In this document: piece after piece, positions 1 through 10,363 of the stretch
How positions within the stretch are numbered: the first letter of the stretch is position 1
Layout of the letters: each line of letters begins with the position of its first letter
Source of the DNA: a virus
DNA length: 64,000 bases
IMG/VR virus record: IMGVR_UViG_3300031857_000025
Direction: 5' to 3' (one strand)
Notes under the pieces: generated by a model
What the model was told of the DNA's origin: nothing
The model's database searches: none
The model's input: the letters and a program-made list of their open reading frames with translations, nothing else
Translations under genes and position numbers: made by a program

Positions 1-2
1 GT

Positions 3-278
3 TACGTAAACAAAATACGTTTCAAACCTTCTGGCTCAATTAATGCTACAGTAGTGCGTGTGTTTATTAATAATGGGCAAACTACAACTACAGCTACTAA
101 TAACTCTCTATACGGAGAATTATCATTACCGACTATTACTACTAGTAATACTACTGCACAAAATGACTTTGAAATACCAATGAATATTGCATTACCGGCT
201 AATTATCGTTTGTTTGCAACAACTGCTACTGCATTAGGTGGCGGATTAGATATTACTACAATTGCCGGCGACTATTAA
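3..278 (+). CDS. 5'-truncated virion/tail-associated protein
   Basis: Frame is open from base 3 (YVNKIRFKPSGSINATVVRVFINNG...) to TAA 278. Thr/Asn-rich and directly upstream of the Gly-rich tail genes. Confidence 0.6.
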   Translation, partial: YVNKIRFKPSGSINATVVRVFINNGQTTTTATNNSLYGELSLPTITTSNTTAQNDFEIPMNIALPANYRLFATTATALGGGLDITTIAGDY

Positions 279-297
279 TAAAAATAAATAACTAGTT

Positions 298-1242
298 ATG
301 GACGGCTTTAGTCATTTACCTAATAAAATAGACGCTAATACTTTTGTATTTTATGCAAATGCTACTACAACTACATCTGGAAGCTTCCAAGCCTGGAATG
401 TACCTGAGTATGCTTCATTTCTACATTTCACTGTAATTGGTGGAGGAGGTGGAGGAGGCGGTGGTTGTGGCGGTGTACCAAATGCATCAGGACGGGTAGG
501 AGGTGGCGGCGGAGCTCCAGCTGGACTAGTAGCAGTTTCTATACCTACTATTTTACTTCCTAAAACTTTATATTTACAAGTAGGATATGGAGGTGCGCCT
601 GGTACGGGAAGTAATAACCAAGCTATAGCAGGTCAGTCTGGTAATGCAGGTACTATTTCATATATATGTTTATATCCAGAAATCAATCCAGGATCTGTTT
701 TAATGCAATCAAGCAATACCGCTCCAGGAGGTGGAGTAGGAGGTTCTGTAACAGGAGCAACGGGTACACCTATAACAATTGCAGATACGACTAACTTAAA
801 GTGGTTAGGTATAGTAGGAAATACAGTAGCCCAAACTGCCGGAGGTGCTAGTGCAGTTGGTGGCGGTGCTAGTGTGACGTATGCTGGTTTATTAACTGGC
901 GGTGCAGGAGGTGGATCTAAACCTGCTAGCAACAACAACGGAAATGCAGGAGGTGGTATAACCATGACTAGCATAAGTGCATATGTAACAACGGCTATTA
1001 ATGGTGGAGCAGGAGGAACAAACCCAGCAGCTGGTAGTAATGGCAGTAATGGATATTTTTCATGGCGGCCATTTATAGCTACTGGTGGAGCTGGTGGCGG
1101 TGGAGGATCTGTAAGTGCAAACGGAGGAAATGGAGGGAAAGGAGCTTATGGTTGTGGAGGAGGTGGAGGTGGAGCAGCCGGCACTATCGGTGGAACTGGA
1201 GGATCAGGTGGTGATGGTCTAATAATAATAGCAGTAAGTTAA
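298..1242 (+). CDS. Glycine-rich domain virion protein (paralog 1)
   Basis: W-x-x-P...IGGGGGGGGG near the N-terminus and GGxGGxGGDGLIII at the C-terminus, typical of phage Gly-rich tail domains. Confidence 0.75.
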   Translation: MDGFSHLPNKIDANTFVFYANATTTTSGSFQAWNVPEYASFLHFTVIGGGGGGGGGCGGVPNASGRVGGGGGAPAGLVAVSIPTILLPKTLYLQVGYGGAPGTGSNNQAIAGQSGNAGTISYICLYPEINPGSVLMQSSNTAPGGGVGGSVTGATGTPITIADTTNLKWLGIVGNTVAQTAGGASAVGGGASVTYAGLLTGGAGGGSKPASNNNGNAGGGITMTSISAYVTTAINGGAGGTNPAAGSNGSNGYFSWRPFIATGGAGGGGGSVSANGGNGGKGAYGCGGGGGGAAGTIGGTGGSGGDGLIIIAVS

Positions 1243-1243
1243 T

Positions 1244-2170
1244 ATGAACGGATTTCAACATTTACCTTCACAACAAGATCAACGCTTTTGGGTTTTTAGT
1301 AGTACTAAAAGTCAGCGAATAGATCCTAGTCTTATTAATAGACTTGAAATTTGGACTAAACCGCCAGGTATAAGTTTTGTTCATATTATTTGCGTAGGCG
1401 GCGGCTCGGGTGCAGGTGGTACCGTGGCACGTAATGCCGGAATCCAGGTAGGAGGAGGAGGAGGAGGAGCTTCAGGTGCAATAACTTCGACATTTCTTCC
1501 GGCATATTTAGTTCCTGATACTTTGTATATTAGTGTAGGTACCGGTGGCCCAGGTGGTATTGGTGATATTATAGGCTCCCAAGGCGCGGCTGGCCAGGCT
1601 ACTTGGGTTTCTTTTTGGCCAGATTCAAACCCAGCAACTGCAGTAGGATATACTTTATGTTATGCCAATCAAGCGTTTATTGCCGGCAGCGGCGGCTCAA
1701 TTGGCGGCTTTGGAACAGGCGGTACAGGTCCCGCAGCAGTAACAACTACTTCATTACGATACTCACAAATAGGCTTACGTAATTATTTTGCTGGCCAATC
1801 TGGAGCCAACGGCGGTGTACCTATAGGTACCAGCATTAATGCCGTCTATAGAATTTCTGGTGGCGCTGGTGGCGGTGGGAACAATAATACAGGTGTTGTC
1901 GGTGCCGGTGGTAGTATTAATAGTATAGGGCAATTCGCATTAAGTGCAATTACAGCCTCCCCATCCGGAAGCAACGGAGCACGTGTACAAGATTTTATTA
2001 AATTTATTGCAACCGGCGGTACTGGTGCCAGCTCTGCAGTGACAATCTCTGGTAGTAACGGAGGATTCGGAGGATTCGGATCAGGCGGAGGTGGTGGTTC
2101 AGTAGGTCTTGGCGGCGGTGGCCGTGGTGGCGATGGCGGTGATGGATTAGTAATAATAACATGTGGATAA
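1244..2170 (+). CDS. Glycine-rich domain virion protein (paralog 2)
   Basis: WTKPPG...CVGGGSGAGG and C-terminal GGRGGDGGDGLVII. N-terminus MNGFQHLP matches paralog 1 (MDGFSHLP). Confidence 0.75.
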   Translation: MNGFQHLPSQQDQRFWVFSSTKSQRIDPSLINRLEIWTKPPGISFVHIICVGGGSGAGGTVARNAGIQVGGGGGGASGAITSTFLPAYLVPDTLYISVGTGGPGGIGDIIGSQGAAGQATWVSFWPDSNPATAVGYTLCYANQAFIAGSGGSIGGFGTGGTGPAAVTTTSLRYSQIGLRNYFAGQSGANGGVPIGTSINAVYRISGGAGGGGNNNTGVVGAGGSINSIGQFALSAITASPSGSNGARVQDFIKFIATGGTGASSAVTISGSNGGFGGFGSGGGGGSVGLGGGGRGGDGGDGLVIITCG

Positions 2171-3128
2171 AGTTATGACAGGAAATTTCAATTTACCAAT
2201 AGCAAAAGGAAACGCTAAAACATACGTTTTTACAACCGAAAATACTACTGCAGCATCAACCCCATGGAGAGGAATGACAGTATGGAATAAACCTCCAGGA
2301 ATAAATTTTGTATATGGACTATTAATAGGAGGTGGATCTGGCGGCGCTGGAGGATTTTCATTCGGAGCAGGAACAGCTGGTGGTGGAGGAGGTGGAGGTA
2401 CGCCGGGAGGAGTAATACAATTCATACAACCAGCTTACTTGGTACCAGATAAATTAACAGTTACTGTAGCAAGAGGCGGTAGAGGCGGAGCAGCTGGAAA
2501 CAATGGCGGATATCCTAGTACTACTACTGGATTATGGTATCAAGAGGTAGGACAAACAAGCTTGAATATAAATCGTGTGTATTATGCTTTTCCTAATTCT
2601 TCTCTTACTGGTACGCAAACCGGTCGAGTAGGTTCCGCAGTTGCGGCTGGTCTTGGAGGCGCTGCAGCTACCTTATCAACGACTGCCAACCAGCCTGGAA
2701 TAATGGGATTTTGTAATTTTGCACAGCCAGCCACATTAGGCGGACAAAATGGTGGATTAGCAGCAGGAGGTAACAATGCTCCATTTGTAGGAAGACCACA
2801 GGGTGGAGCTGGAGGTGGAGGAGTATCAAGTGGTGTAACTTTTAATGGTGGTAATGTGTTTGCTCCTACAACATCTGTAAACTCTATATGGAGTCGAAAT
2901 TTATTAGGAGGAGCATCTGCAGGAGCAAATGGAGAAGATGGTATAACACTTTTTGAACCAACATTCTTTTCATTACCAGGAGCTGGAGGTGCTGGAAATG
3001 CTTCTGGTGTTGGAGGTAATGGCGGTAAGGGTGGTATTGGATGTGGTGGTGGTGGTGGTGGAGCTGGAACTACTGGCGGACCAGGTGGCGAAGGAGGAGA
3101 TGGATTAGTTATGCTCGTTTGTTGGTAA
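2163..3128 (+). CDS. Glycine-rich domain virion protein (paralog 3; start may be ATG 2175)
   Basis: WNKPPG...LIGGGSGGAGG and C-terminal GGPGGEGGDGLVMLVCW. ATG 2175 gives MTGNFNLP, in register with the other two paralogs. Confidence 0.75.
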   Translation: MDKVMTGNFNLPIAKGNAKTYVFTTENTTAASTPWRGMTVWNKPPGINFVYGLLIGGGSGGAGGFSFGAGTAGGGGGGGTPGGVIQFIQPAYLVPDKLTVTVARGGRGGAAGNNGGYPSTTTGLWYQEVGQTSLNINRVYYAFPNSSLTGTQTGRVGSAVAAGLGGAAATLSTTANQPGIMGFCNFAQPATLGGQNGGLAAGGNNAPFVGRPQGGAGGGGVSSGVTFNGGNVFAPTTSVNSIWSRNLLGGASAGANGEDGITLFEPTFFSLPGAGGAGNASGVGGNGGKGGIGCGGGGGGAGTTGGPGGEGGDGLVMLVCW

Positions 3129-3131
3129 TCA

Positions 3132-3140
3132 ATATTTATT
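3132..3140 (+). promoter_or_regulatory. Putative late promoter ATATTTAT(A/T), first of about 14 copies
   Basis: Also at 7452, 10323, 12516, 13087, 13364, 14481, 23323, 23352, 25723, 26797, 33408, 48997 and 63858. All sit at gene boundaries, upstream of a + strand start. Confidence 0.65.
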
Positions 3141-3153
3141 AGAAAGAGATATT

Positions 3154-3540
3154 ATGGCAGCAGGAAAATATTCATTTACTATTGAACAAGGAGCTACTTT
3201 AACCTTAGAAGTGCAATACAAGGATCCTAATAATAATCCAATTGATTTGTCAGGACATTCCGGTAGAATGTTAATACGTTCAGATTATGCAGATGCTAAT
3301 CCAACGACATATGCTATATTATCAAGTAGTAAATGGGCCGATGGTACTGGATTAGATTTTTCCGGTAGTAATGGCATAACGCCAACACAGTCCGGAAGTA
3401 TTGGAATTTATATTTCAGCTGCTACGTCATCAGCATTTACATTTGATACCGCGCGATACGACTTAGAAATATATACTGGCGGTACAGTGACACGTTTATT
3501 GGAAGGACAAGTTAAGTTAAGTAAAGAAGTTACTCGATGA
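3154..3540 (+). CDS. Small beta-sandwich tail-fibre adaptor-like protein
   Basis: IEQGAT...PIDLSG...YDLEI...VTRLLEGQV pattern is typical of small adaptors preceding phage fibres. Overlaps the fibre start (ATGA). Confidence 0.6.
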   Translation: MAAGKYSFTIEQGATLTLEVQYKDPNNNPIDLSGHSGRMLIRSDYADANPTTYAILSSSKWADGTGLDFSGSNGITPTQSGSIGIYISAATSSAFTFDTARYDLEIYTGGTVTRLLEGQVKLSKEVTR

Positions 3541-6500
3541 GTCATGATAATAGAGTATATCTTAATACAACTCAAAATAACATTGTAGTACTTGATAGTG
3601 AACATAATCAAATAACAGTTTCACATCCAGTTACTCAAGTTATTGAAATCACACAGGCCACGACTCCTACCATAACTGTTATAGAAGAAACACCTAATAA
3701 CGTTTCGGTTACAGAAGCATTAGGTAATACTGTAATAGTAACATCGCCGGGACCACAAGGTCCAGTTGTCACAGAATCTGACCCAGTGTTTACAGCATGG
3801 ACATCGTCATTTAATTCATATACCGGTTCGGTACAGACTCAAGTTAACAGTCTAAACTCAGCTACTAGTAGTTATGTATTAAATTCTGTAACATCTTCAA
3901 TGTCTGTACTAAGCAGTTCATATGCCGTAACAGCTAGTTATGCAATTAATGTTCCGACAATAGATACATCTGTATTAGTAGGAACAGCTTCATTTAACAT
4001 ATTTACGGGCTCAATACAAACACAAGTTAATAACTTAACTTCGGCTACTGGTAGTTATGTACTGAATTCTGTAACGTCATCAATGATAGTATCAGGCGCA
4101 TTAACTGCGTCATATATAAATGCATTAACACAAAACGTACAATTAACTGGAAATTTAAGTATTACCGGTAATATGAACGTTATTGGTACAGCATCGTATA
4201 CATATGTAACCGCATCACAATTAGACGTAGGTACAAATACTATATCAGTTAACATAGCCGAACCAGCTGAACGTTTTGGTGGATTAGTAGTATATGATTC
4301 TGGTTCATTATCTCATCTAGCAACCGCTAGTTTACTTTGGGACTCGTTACATAATCATTGGGTATATCAAAATGTATCTGGTTCTACATATTCCGGGGGT
4401 ATGTTGCTCGCCGGTCCTAGGAATACAGGGGTATTAGGTGACGAACCTAATTTATCAAAATGGTTTATACCTAGATCTGACGGTGGTGATCATTTGAATG
4501 ATACTCAAATATTTAGTAGTGCTTCTACACATATAATAACAGGTTCATTAACTGTTACGGAGTATATTACCGGTAGTTTATTAGGCACTTCGTCATGGGC
4601 TACAAATGCAGTTACTGCATCATTTGCTCCTAATTATGTTTTAAACTCAATGACATCGAGTTTTATAGTAAATAATCAAACTGGTTCATTTGCTATTACC
4701 GGATCTAATACATTTACCGGTAATCAGATAATAAGTGGTTCATTTATCATAGAAACAGGATCAATAAATACAACTTTACGTGTCACTCAAAACGGTACTG
4801 GTACTATATTAACTATACAAACTGGTTCAACAGATGTACTGACAATTAATAATAATAGAACATCATCATTCACTGGTAATGTGGTATTAAATAATGCATC
4901 AACTCAATTACGTTTAGGTATTGGTAGATTTGATAGTAGTACATTAACAGATCCATTATATCCAATACATGTGATATCACAAGGCGGAAATGATGCGACA
5001 ATGGTATTTGATGGCAAGCAGTACTTAAATAATGCGGCGAATGCTAATATAATACTAGCAGCTGATACAATTGATAAAACACCGCGACTAACGTTTTTTG
5101 ATAGAGGCACCGGACTAACCCCAATAAGTTATAATGGTACTGCTACTTATACTGGCGCTTCTGCGTATTTGTATTTGGAAAGAAGTGGATCTGGTATGAG
5201 TGCTCCAAATGCAGCATTCTCAGGTTCCTTGCCATTAATAACCGGGGCTAACAGAAATAATTTCTATATTGTTAATGAATATACTGATAGAAGTATAGTA
5301 TTCAGATTAAATGCTACCGTTGGTGGACAGCGTAACGTACTTAATATACTTTCTAGTGGAGTAGTAAATGCATTAACATCATTTATTGCTCCTACATTAC
5401 AAGGGAGTACTTTATATCCTCAAAGTGATAATACGTTAAGTATTAGAACAAGAGATGCTGGCCTCGGTAATCAAAATATTATATTTGGTACGGGTAATCC
5501 AGGTGGTATTCCATTTACACGGCTAACCGTCAGTGCATCAGGCGCTGTAATAATTCCTTCTGGTAATTTAGGTATAGGTACGACATCACCTGGAAGTAAT
5601 TTACATGTCGTAAAAGGTTCATCAGGTGTAGCCGTTTTAGCAAGTGACATAGCTACATTTGAAAATAATACTCATGCATATATAACTGTACTATCACCAA
5701 ATGGTCAAAACTCAGGGTTACATTTAGGTAGTGGACCGGATCCGTTAGGTGCCTATGTTAGATGGAATCAAGATAATAATTTAATGAGTATCGGAACAGC
5801 AAATGACGGTGATAATATAAACTTTCTGACAGGTAATGAAGTTAGTTCAATGTATCTAAGAAATAACGTTGGACTAGGTATTAATACTACTGCTCCTCTA
5901 TATAGACTTCATGTCAGAAGTGGGTCAGTAACTAACAGTTCAACCTTCTCCGGAACACTAGCTGTTGTTGAAAATAGCGGGAGTGATTCATACTTATCTA
6001 TTTTAAGTAGTACCGGATTTGAATCAGGCGTAGGATTTGGAAGTGAAGTACATAGATCATCAGCTCGATTAGCTTGGACTCATAACTCATTAAATTTTAG
6101 TTTAGCTACTAATACAGGAAGTGCATTTTTAACTTTCGGTACCGGTCAAGCTACTGAAAGAATGCGTATAACAACAAATGGATTAGTTGGTATCGGTATA
6201 ACTGCTCCGGATTCAAATCTACATATACATAAAGGCTCAGCCGGTACCGTAAGTGCTACTAGCGAAACTGTATTGACTATTGAAAATAGTACTACTAACT
6301 ATCTCTCAATGTTAGCTCCAGATGCAAACTTTAGTGGTATTGTATTCGGATCACCGACTGATAATTTTGGTTCATTTATTAGATGGGGATACACATCGGG
6401 TAAATTAGAAATAGGTACAGCTGAAAGTGGTCAATATATTGAATTGAAAGCTGGTAACGATGTACCAAAAGCTTACGTAGCAACGACAGGTTTTGGTATT

Positions 6501-7133
6501 AATAAATTACCGACAGCTGCATTGGATGTAAGTGGAAGTACTATATTGTCCGGATCATTGATCGTTAGTGGTTCATCGTTAATTGTCAGTGGTACATCAA
6601 ATTTTATAGGTGAAGTAACAGTAACTGGGGCAGTAGTACCAGGAGGCCCGTATACCAATAATATATCTAGTCATAGTTTAGGATCACCTTTAAAGGCTTG
6701 GCAAGATGTATATGTCGGAAGTGGTTCTGTTTATTTCATTAATGCAGGCGGACAGACCAAAATCTCAGCAAATAGTGACGGTGAATTATCATTACCGGCA
6801 ACAACAGTGACAGGTAAGTTATATGGTAATGTATGGTCTGTTACGCCGGCCGGAAAAACTATATTAGATTGTTCTCTCGCAAATTTCTTCACATTAACTC
6901 TAAGCGCTAGCGAAACTACCGAAATTGACCTTAGTAATTTTTCACCAGGGCAAACTGTAAATTTAAAAATTACTATGGGTGGAAGTAATACTATAACTTT
7001 TGCTGGTAAGATAAAACAGTCAAATGAGTCGCCATATATTCCATCATCAGGGCCAAATGAAGTGGACATATTGACATTTATAGCATTTGACGCGTCAACG
7101 GTATACGTAAGTCATATTAATAATCTACTTTAA
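3537..7133 (+). CDS. Long tail fibre / receptor-binding protein
   Basis: 1198 aa, S/T/G/N-rich. Has G(N/L)xGIGTxxP..LH(V/I) shaft repeats and a short GPQGP motif, and lies in the tail region. Confidence 0.75.
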   Translation: MSHDNRVYLNTTQNNIVVLDSEHNQITVSHPVTQVIEITQATTPTITVIEETPNNVSVTEALGNTVIVTSPGPQGPVVTESDPVFTAWTSSFNSYTGSVQTQVNSLNSATSSYVLNSVTSSMSVLSSSYAVTASYAINVPTIDTSVLVGTASFNIFTGSIQTQVNNLTSATGSYVLNSVTSSMIVSGALTASYINALTQNVQLTGNLSITGNMNVIGTASYTYVTASQLDVGTNTISVNIAEPAERFGGLVVYDSGSLSHLATASLLWDSLHNHWVYQNVSGSTYSGGMLLAGPRNTGVLGDEPNLSKWFIPRSDGGDHLNDTQIFSSASTHIITGSLTVTEYITGSLLGTSSWATNAVTASFAPNYVLNSMTSSFIVNNQTGSFAITGSNTFTGNQIISGSFIIETGSINTTLRVTQNGTGTILTIQTGSTDVLTINNNRTSSFTGNVVLNNASTQLRLGIGRFDSSTLTDPLYPIHVISQGGNDATMVFDGKQYLNNAANANIILAADTIDKTPRLTFFDRGTGLTPISYNGTATYTGASAYLYLERSGSGMSAPNAAFSGSLPLITGANRNNFYIVNEYTDRSIVFRLNATVGGQRNVLNILSSGVVNALTSFIAPTLQGSTLYPQSDNTLSIRTRDAGLGNQNIIFGTGNPGGIPFTRLTVSASGAVIIPSGNLGIGTTSPGSNLHVVKGSSGVAVLASDIATFENNTHAYITVLSPNGQNSGLHLGSGPDPLGAYVRWNQDNNLMSIGTANDGDNINFLTGNEVSSMYLRNNVGLGINTTAPLYRLHVRSGSVTNSSTFSGTLAVVENSGSDSYLSILSSTGFESGVGFGSEVHRSSARLAWTHNSLNFSLATNTGSAFLTFGTGQATERMRITTNGLVGIGITAPDSNLHIHKGSAGTVSATSETVLTIENSTTNYLSMLAPDANFSGIVFGSPTDNFGSFIRWGYTSGKLEIGTAESGQYIELKAGNDVPKAYVATTGFGINKLPTAALDVSGSTILSGSLIVSGSSLIVSGTSNFIGEVTVTGAVVPGGPYTNNISSHSLGSPLKAWQDVYVGSGSVYFINAGGQTKISANSDGELSLPATTVTGKLYGNVWSVTPAGKTILDCSLANFFTLTLSASETTEIDLSNFSPGQTVNLKITMGGSNTITFAGKIKQSNESPYIPSSGPNEVDILTFIAFDASTVYVSHINNLL
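3807..4085 (+). repeat. Two diverged ~96-bp coding repeats in the fibre N-terminus (183 bp apart)
   Basis: SFNSYTGSVQTQVNSLNSATSSYVLNSVTSSM (3807-3902) versus SFNIFTGSIQTQVNNLTSATGSYVLNSVTSSM (3990-4085). Confidence 0.8.
5560..6530 (+). repeat. About three ~100-aa coding repeats in the fibre
   Basis: Units start GNLGIGTTSPGSNLHV, NVGLGINTTAPLYRLHV and GLVGIGITAPDSNLHI, with a partial GFGINKLPTAALDV. Each full unit contains EN...Y.S/T.L...SG..(L/F)GS. Confidence 0.7.
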
Positions 7134-7135
7134 AA

Positions 7136-7450
7136 ATGTTTACGCCTTTTGCATTCATACGACCGCCAGATCCTATAATAAACGCTTACACTATATATCT
7201 ATCTGACCCTGCAGCAGACAGGCCTAGTACTGCATGTGCAACGGGGCTGTCACGAACCCCTACCCCGTATTATACTGATGATGTATCATTTCCTATTGCT
7301 TCAATAATATATACACAGCCTACATTGACTATTCCATTTAACGGTGATAATTTATATTATAGTGTATACGATGACACGGAAGCTCCGTACGGTATTTACA
7401 TACAAATAGATAAGGACGGTATTATTATAGATACCGGAATTTGCGAGTAA
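7136..7450 (+). CDS. Hypothetical protein following the fibre
   Basis: 104-aa ORF starting 2 nt after the fibre stop; no recognised motif. Confidence 0.55.
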   Translation: MFTPFAFIRPPDPIINAYTIYLSDPAADRPSTACATGLSRTPTPYYTDDVSFPIASIIYTQPTLTIPFNGDNLYYSVYDDTEAPYGIYIQIDKDGIIIDTGICE

Positions 7451-7474
7451 CATATTTATATAAAAAGGTAATAC

Positions 7475-8638
7475 ATGGCAGTTAATATTCCTATATGGCC
7501 TGGTAGTTCGTCATTTTTTCCCGGTAATACACCATTCGGGTTTTATGATCATGACTATGATTTTCAACAAGATGCTGATAAAATAGCAGATTGGTGTGCT
7601 AAAAGATTAGGATTCCCTCTCAGTGAAGTAGAATTACAAGACCTACATTTTTATACATGTTTCGAAGAAGCTGTTACAGAATACGGTGCCCAACTTAATG
7701 CATATAATATACGAGACAACATGTTAAATTTATACGGTGCTAGTACTGGAAGTAATTTAACTGGTAAAACAGTATCACCAAATTTAGGTGGTATTATATC
7801 ACTGGCAAATGAATATGGTGTCGAAGCTGGATCTGGAGGTAATGTAACGTATCGTACAGGTAGTGTTACATTATCAAGTGGTAAACAAATATACGACCTA
7901 TCCGATCCAAGTGTAGTGTCGTTAGAATCCGGTACACCGGGGACTACGGCAATTGAAATAAAACGTTTATATCATGAAGCACCACCAGCTTTAGTACGGT
8001 TCTTTGACCCATTTATTGGTACTGGTATAGGTACTCAACAAATGTTAGATGCATTCGGATTTGGAAGTTACTCGCCAGGTACATCGTTTATGATGATGCC
8101 GATATATGCCGATCTACTACGTTTACAGGCAATTGAATTCAATGATACAGTACGTCGTTCAGCATATTCATTCGAAATATCAAATAACAGATTACGTATA
8201 TTTCCGGTACCATTAGTTAATACTATTACAAAAGTACACTTTGATTATATTATTAAGTCAGATCGTAGTAATCCACTTAAAGGAAGTACTGGTAATATTT
8301 CTGATTTTTCAAATGTACCGTATGAAAATGTAGTATATGAAAATGTTAATAGTGTAGGTCGTCAATGGATACGTAAATATGCCGCGGCACTATCTAAAGA
8401 AATGCTAGGTAATGTACGTGGTAAGTATTCATCTATTCCAATTCCTAATAGTGAAATAACACTTAACGGCACTGATTTATTAAGTGCTGCCCAGACAGAA
8501 AAAGATGCATTAGTAACTGAACTTAAAGAAATGTTAGATAGCATGTCCCGTCAAGCACAATTAGAACGCAAGCAAGCTGAGGCAGATGCTCTTCAATCTC
8601 AAATGATGAAAATGCCACTTAAAATTTATATAGGATAA
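7475..8638 (+). CDS. Neck protein (T4 gp13-like)
   Basis: RLGFPLSEVELQ...EEAV and KEMLGNVRGKY...IP...LNG..L motifs. Synteny neck-neck-terminator-sheath-tube. Confidence 0.7.
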   Translation: MAVNIPIWPGSSSFFPGNTPFGFYDHDYDFQQDADKIADWCAKRLGFPLSEVELQDLHFYTCFEEAVTEYGAQLNAYNIRDNMLNLYGASTGSNLTGKTVSPNLGGIISLANEYGVEAGSGGNVTYRTGSVTLSSGKQIYDLSDPSVVSLESGTPGTTAIEIKRLYHEAPPALVRFFDPFIGTGIGTQQMLDAFGFGSYSPGTSFMMMPIYADLLRLQAIEFNDTVRRSAYSFEISNNRLRIFPVPLVNTITKVHFDYIIKSDRSNPLKGSTGNISDFSNVPYENVVYENVNSVGRQWIRKYAAALSKEMLGNVRGKYSSIPIPNSEITLNGTDLLSAAQTEKDALVTELKEMLDSMSRQAQLERKQAEADALQSQMMKMPLKIYIG

Positions 8639-8641
8639 CAT

Positions 8642-9181
8642 ATGGCGTTGTTTGGAAGTGCCCGTGATATGAGTTTATTTCGTAGTGTTAATAGAGAACT
8701 AATTAACAAATATATAGATACAGAAGTACTTCTATATAAACTTAATTTACAAAATACCGATACTAACTTATATGGAGAAGCAGATCGTAAAACATATTAT
8801 CGGCCAACACGTATGAATTGTTTAATTTTACGTGATAGTCGTACAAGTTCTGGAGATGACTTTGGTATTGATATACAACGTACTGCTACATTTGCATTCT
8901 TTAAACCAGACCTAGAAAATAAAGACATTGTTATACAAGTCGGTGATATATTACGATGGGACGGTGAATATTATGAATTAGATAATCAAAATAATGCACA
9001 GGATTATGTTGCCGGTAAAGATGAAAAAACTGATCTTGGAGTCACTACTGGCGAACGTGGTAGTTTTGGTATGGATATATCTGTAATTTTTGAAGGTCAT
9101 GTGACACGTATAAATGCAATTAATATTGAACCAGTGCGTACTGGCATCAATAAAACAAATTATAAACCTAGGAATTTATGA
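8642..9181 (+). CDS. Neck / head-closure protein (T4 gp14-like)
   Basis: NLYGE...FG.D...VGDIL pattern; position after the gp13-like gene. Confidence 0.6.
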   Translation: MALFGSARDMSLFRSVNRELINKYIDTEVLLYKLNLQNTDTNLYGEADRKTYYRPTRMNCLILRDSRTSSGDDFGIDIQRTATFAFFKPDLENKDIVIQVGDILRWDGEYYELDNQNNAQDYVAGKDEKTDLGVTTGERGSFGMDISVIFEGHVTRINAINIEPVRTGINKTNYKPRNL

Positions 9182-10005
9182 GTAAACCAAAACTAAATAA
9201 AACATATAGCACATTTACTCGTAATCAGGAGATTGATAGGTCCGCAGAAATCCGTCGTGATAACGATACTATTAAAACACCGAAATGTACAATTTATGAT
9301 GTTGATAATGCTATTATTAGTTATTTATCTGATATTATACAACTACAAATAATAGAAAACAATAATATAATACCAGTACCAGTTATTTATGCTAACGGAG
9401 AAAAATGGGCACAAATACGCGAACGTGGTTATATGTATGACGTAAGTGATAAACTAATGACTCCAGCGGCTGTCATAAAACGTAACAGTATTACAGAACG
9501 TGACATGCTTAAAAAATTAGACGTTAACTGGAATCCAGAGACTGATAATGATTATGCACGTAACACATTGACATTTGAGAATCCTTATACAAAACGTAAT
9601 CGATATGATCGGTTTTCTGTACTACAAGGTACTCGTCCACGTCGGGAATTATATGTATCTTCTATACCAGAATATGTTGAGGTTTCATACGATTTATTAT
9701 TATGGGCAGAGTATACAGAACAACTTAATAGTATGGTAGAACAAATAATGCCAACTGGTGGGTTTGCCTGGGGTACTACTTGGAAGTTTCCAACCTTTAT
9801 ACAAGATTATACATTTGAAACAGCATCAGGACCAGGCGAAGATCGTATTGTAAGAGCCACATTACCATTAACAGTTAAAGCTACTTTGTTAATGCCATAT
9901 GAATTACGTAGGTCAAGTCTACAGAAAAGATATAGTATTAAGCGAATTGTATTTGGTTCAGAAAATGAGTCATTTAATGCAGATGCAGACTGGGACGGTG
10001 CATAA
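9178..10005 (+). CDS. Tail terminator / sheath stabiliser (T4 gp15-like)
   Basis: VPVIYANGEKW...P..V.VSYDL.LW...Q.N.MVEQI pattern; position before the sheath gene. Confidence 0.65.
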   Translation: MSKPKLNKTYSTFTRNQEIDRSAEIRRDNDTIKTPKCTIYDVDNAIISYLSDIIQLQIIENNNIIPVPVIYANGEKWAQIRERGYMYDVSDKLMTPAAVIKRNSITERDMLKKLDVNWNPETDNDYARNTLTFENPYTKRNRYDRFSVLQGTRPRRELYVSSIPEYVEVSYDLLLWAEYTEQLNSMVEQIMPTGGFAWGTTWKFPTFIQDYTFETASGPGEDRIVRATLPLTVKATLLMPYELRRSSLQKRYSIKRIVFGSENESFNADADWDGA

Positions 10006-10026
10006 TTATAATAAAGGAAAAGTTAT

Positions 10027-10302
10027 ATGCAAGATCAAATAAAGTTTACAGAAGAAGAATTAGCTAGTATTAAAACTATACGTGATAAAAATACTACATT
10101 AGTTTTAGATTTAGGTCAAAATGAATTGGAAACATTTACATTGACAAATAGACTTAAAGAACTAGAGTCAGAAAAACACGCATTGCAATCTAATTATATA
10201 CAATTACGTGCCGATGAACAACAGTTAGTACAGGAACTTAATAAAAAATACGGTTCAGGTACAGTTGATATTGAGAGTGGAGTATTTATTCCAAATAAGT
10301 AA
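10027..10302 (+). CDS. Hypothetical coiled-coil protein
   Basis: 91 aa with heptad-like E/L/K content ending KYGSGTVDIESGVF; AAGGA upstream. Confidence 0.6.
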   Translation: MQDQIKFTEEELASIKTIRDKNTTLVLDLGQNELETFTLTNRLKELESEKHALQSNYIQLRADEQQLVQELNKKYGSGTVDIESGVFIPNK

Positions 10303-10363
10303 CGGTTTGACGTTTTACTCTGATATTTATTAATAAACTGTAACATTAATTAAGGAGTAAAAC

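Noticed and set aside
633-2776. Minus-strand Pro-rich ORFs (633..974, 2147..2425, 2582..2776)
   Set aside because: They are antisense shadows of GGN glycine codons in the + strand genes.
440-3110. GGA/GGT/GGC runs as a microsatellite or CRISPR-like array
   Set aside because: They are in-frame poly-Gly coding with synonymous variation and no repeat-spacer structure.
5560-6530. Fibre repeats as a diversity-generating retroelement TR/VR pair
   Set aside because: The repeats are diverged at all bases rather than only at adenines, and no reverse transcriptase is in the window.
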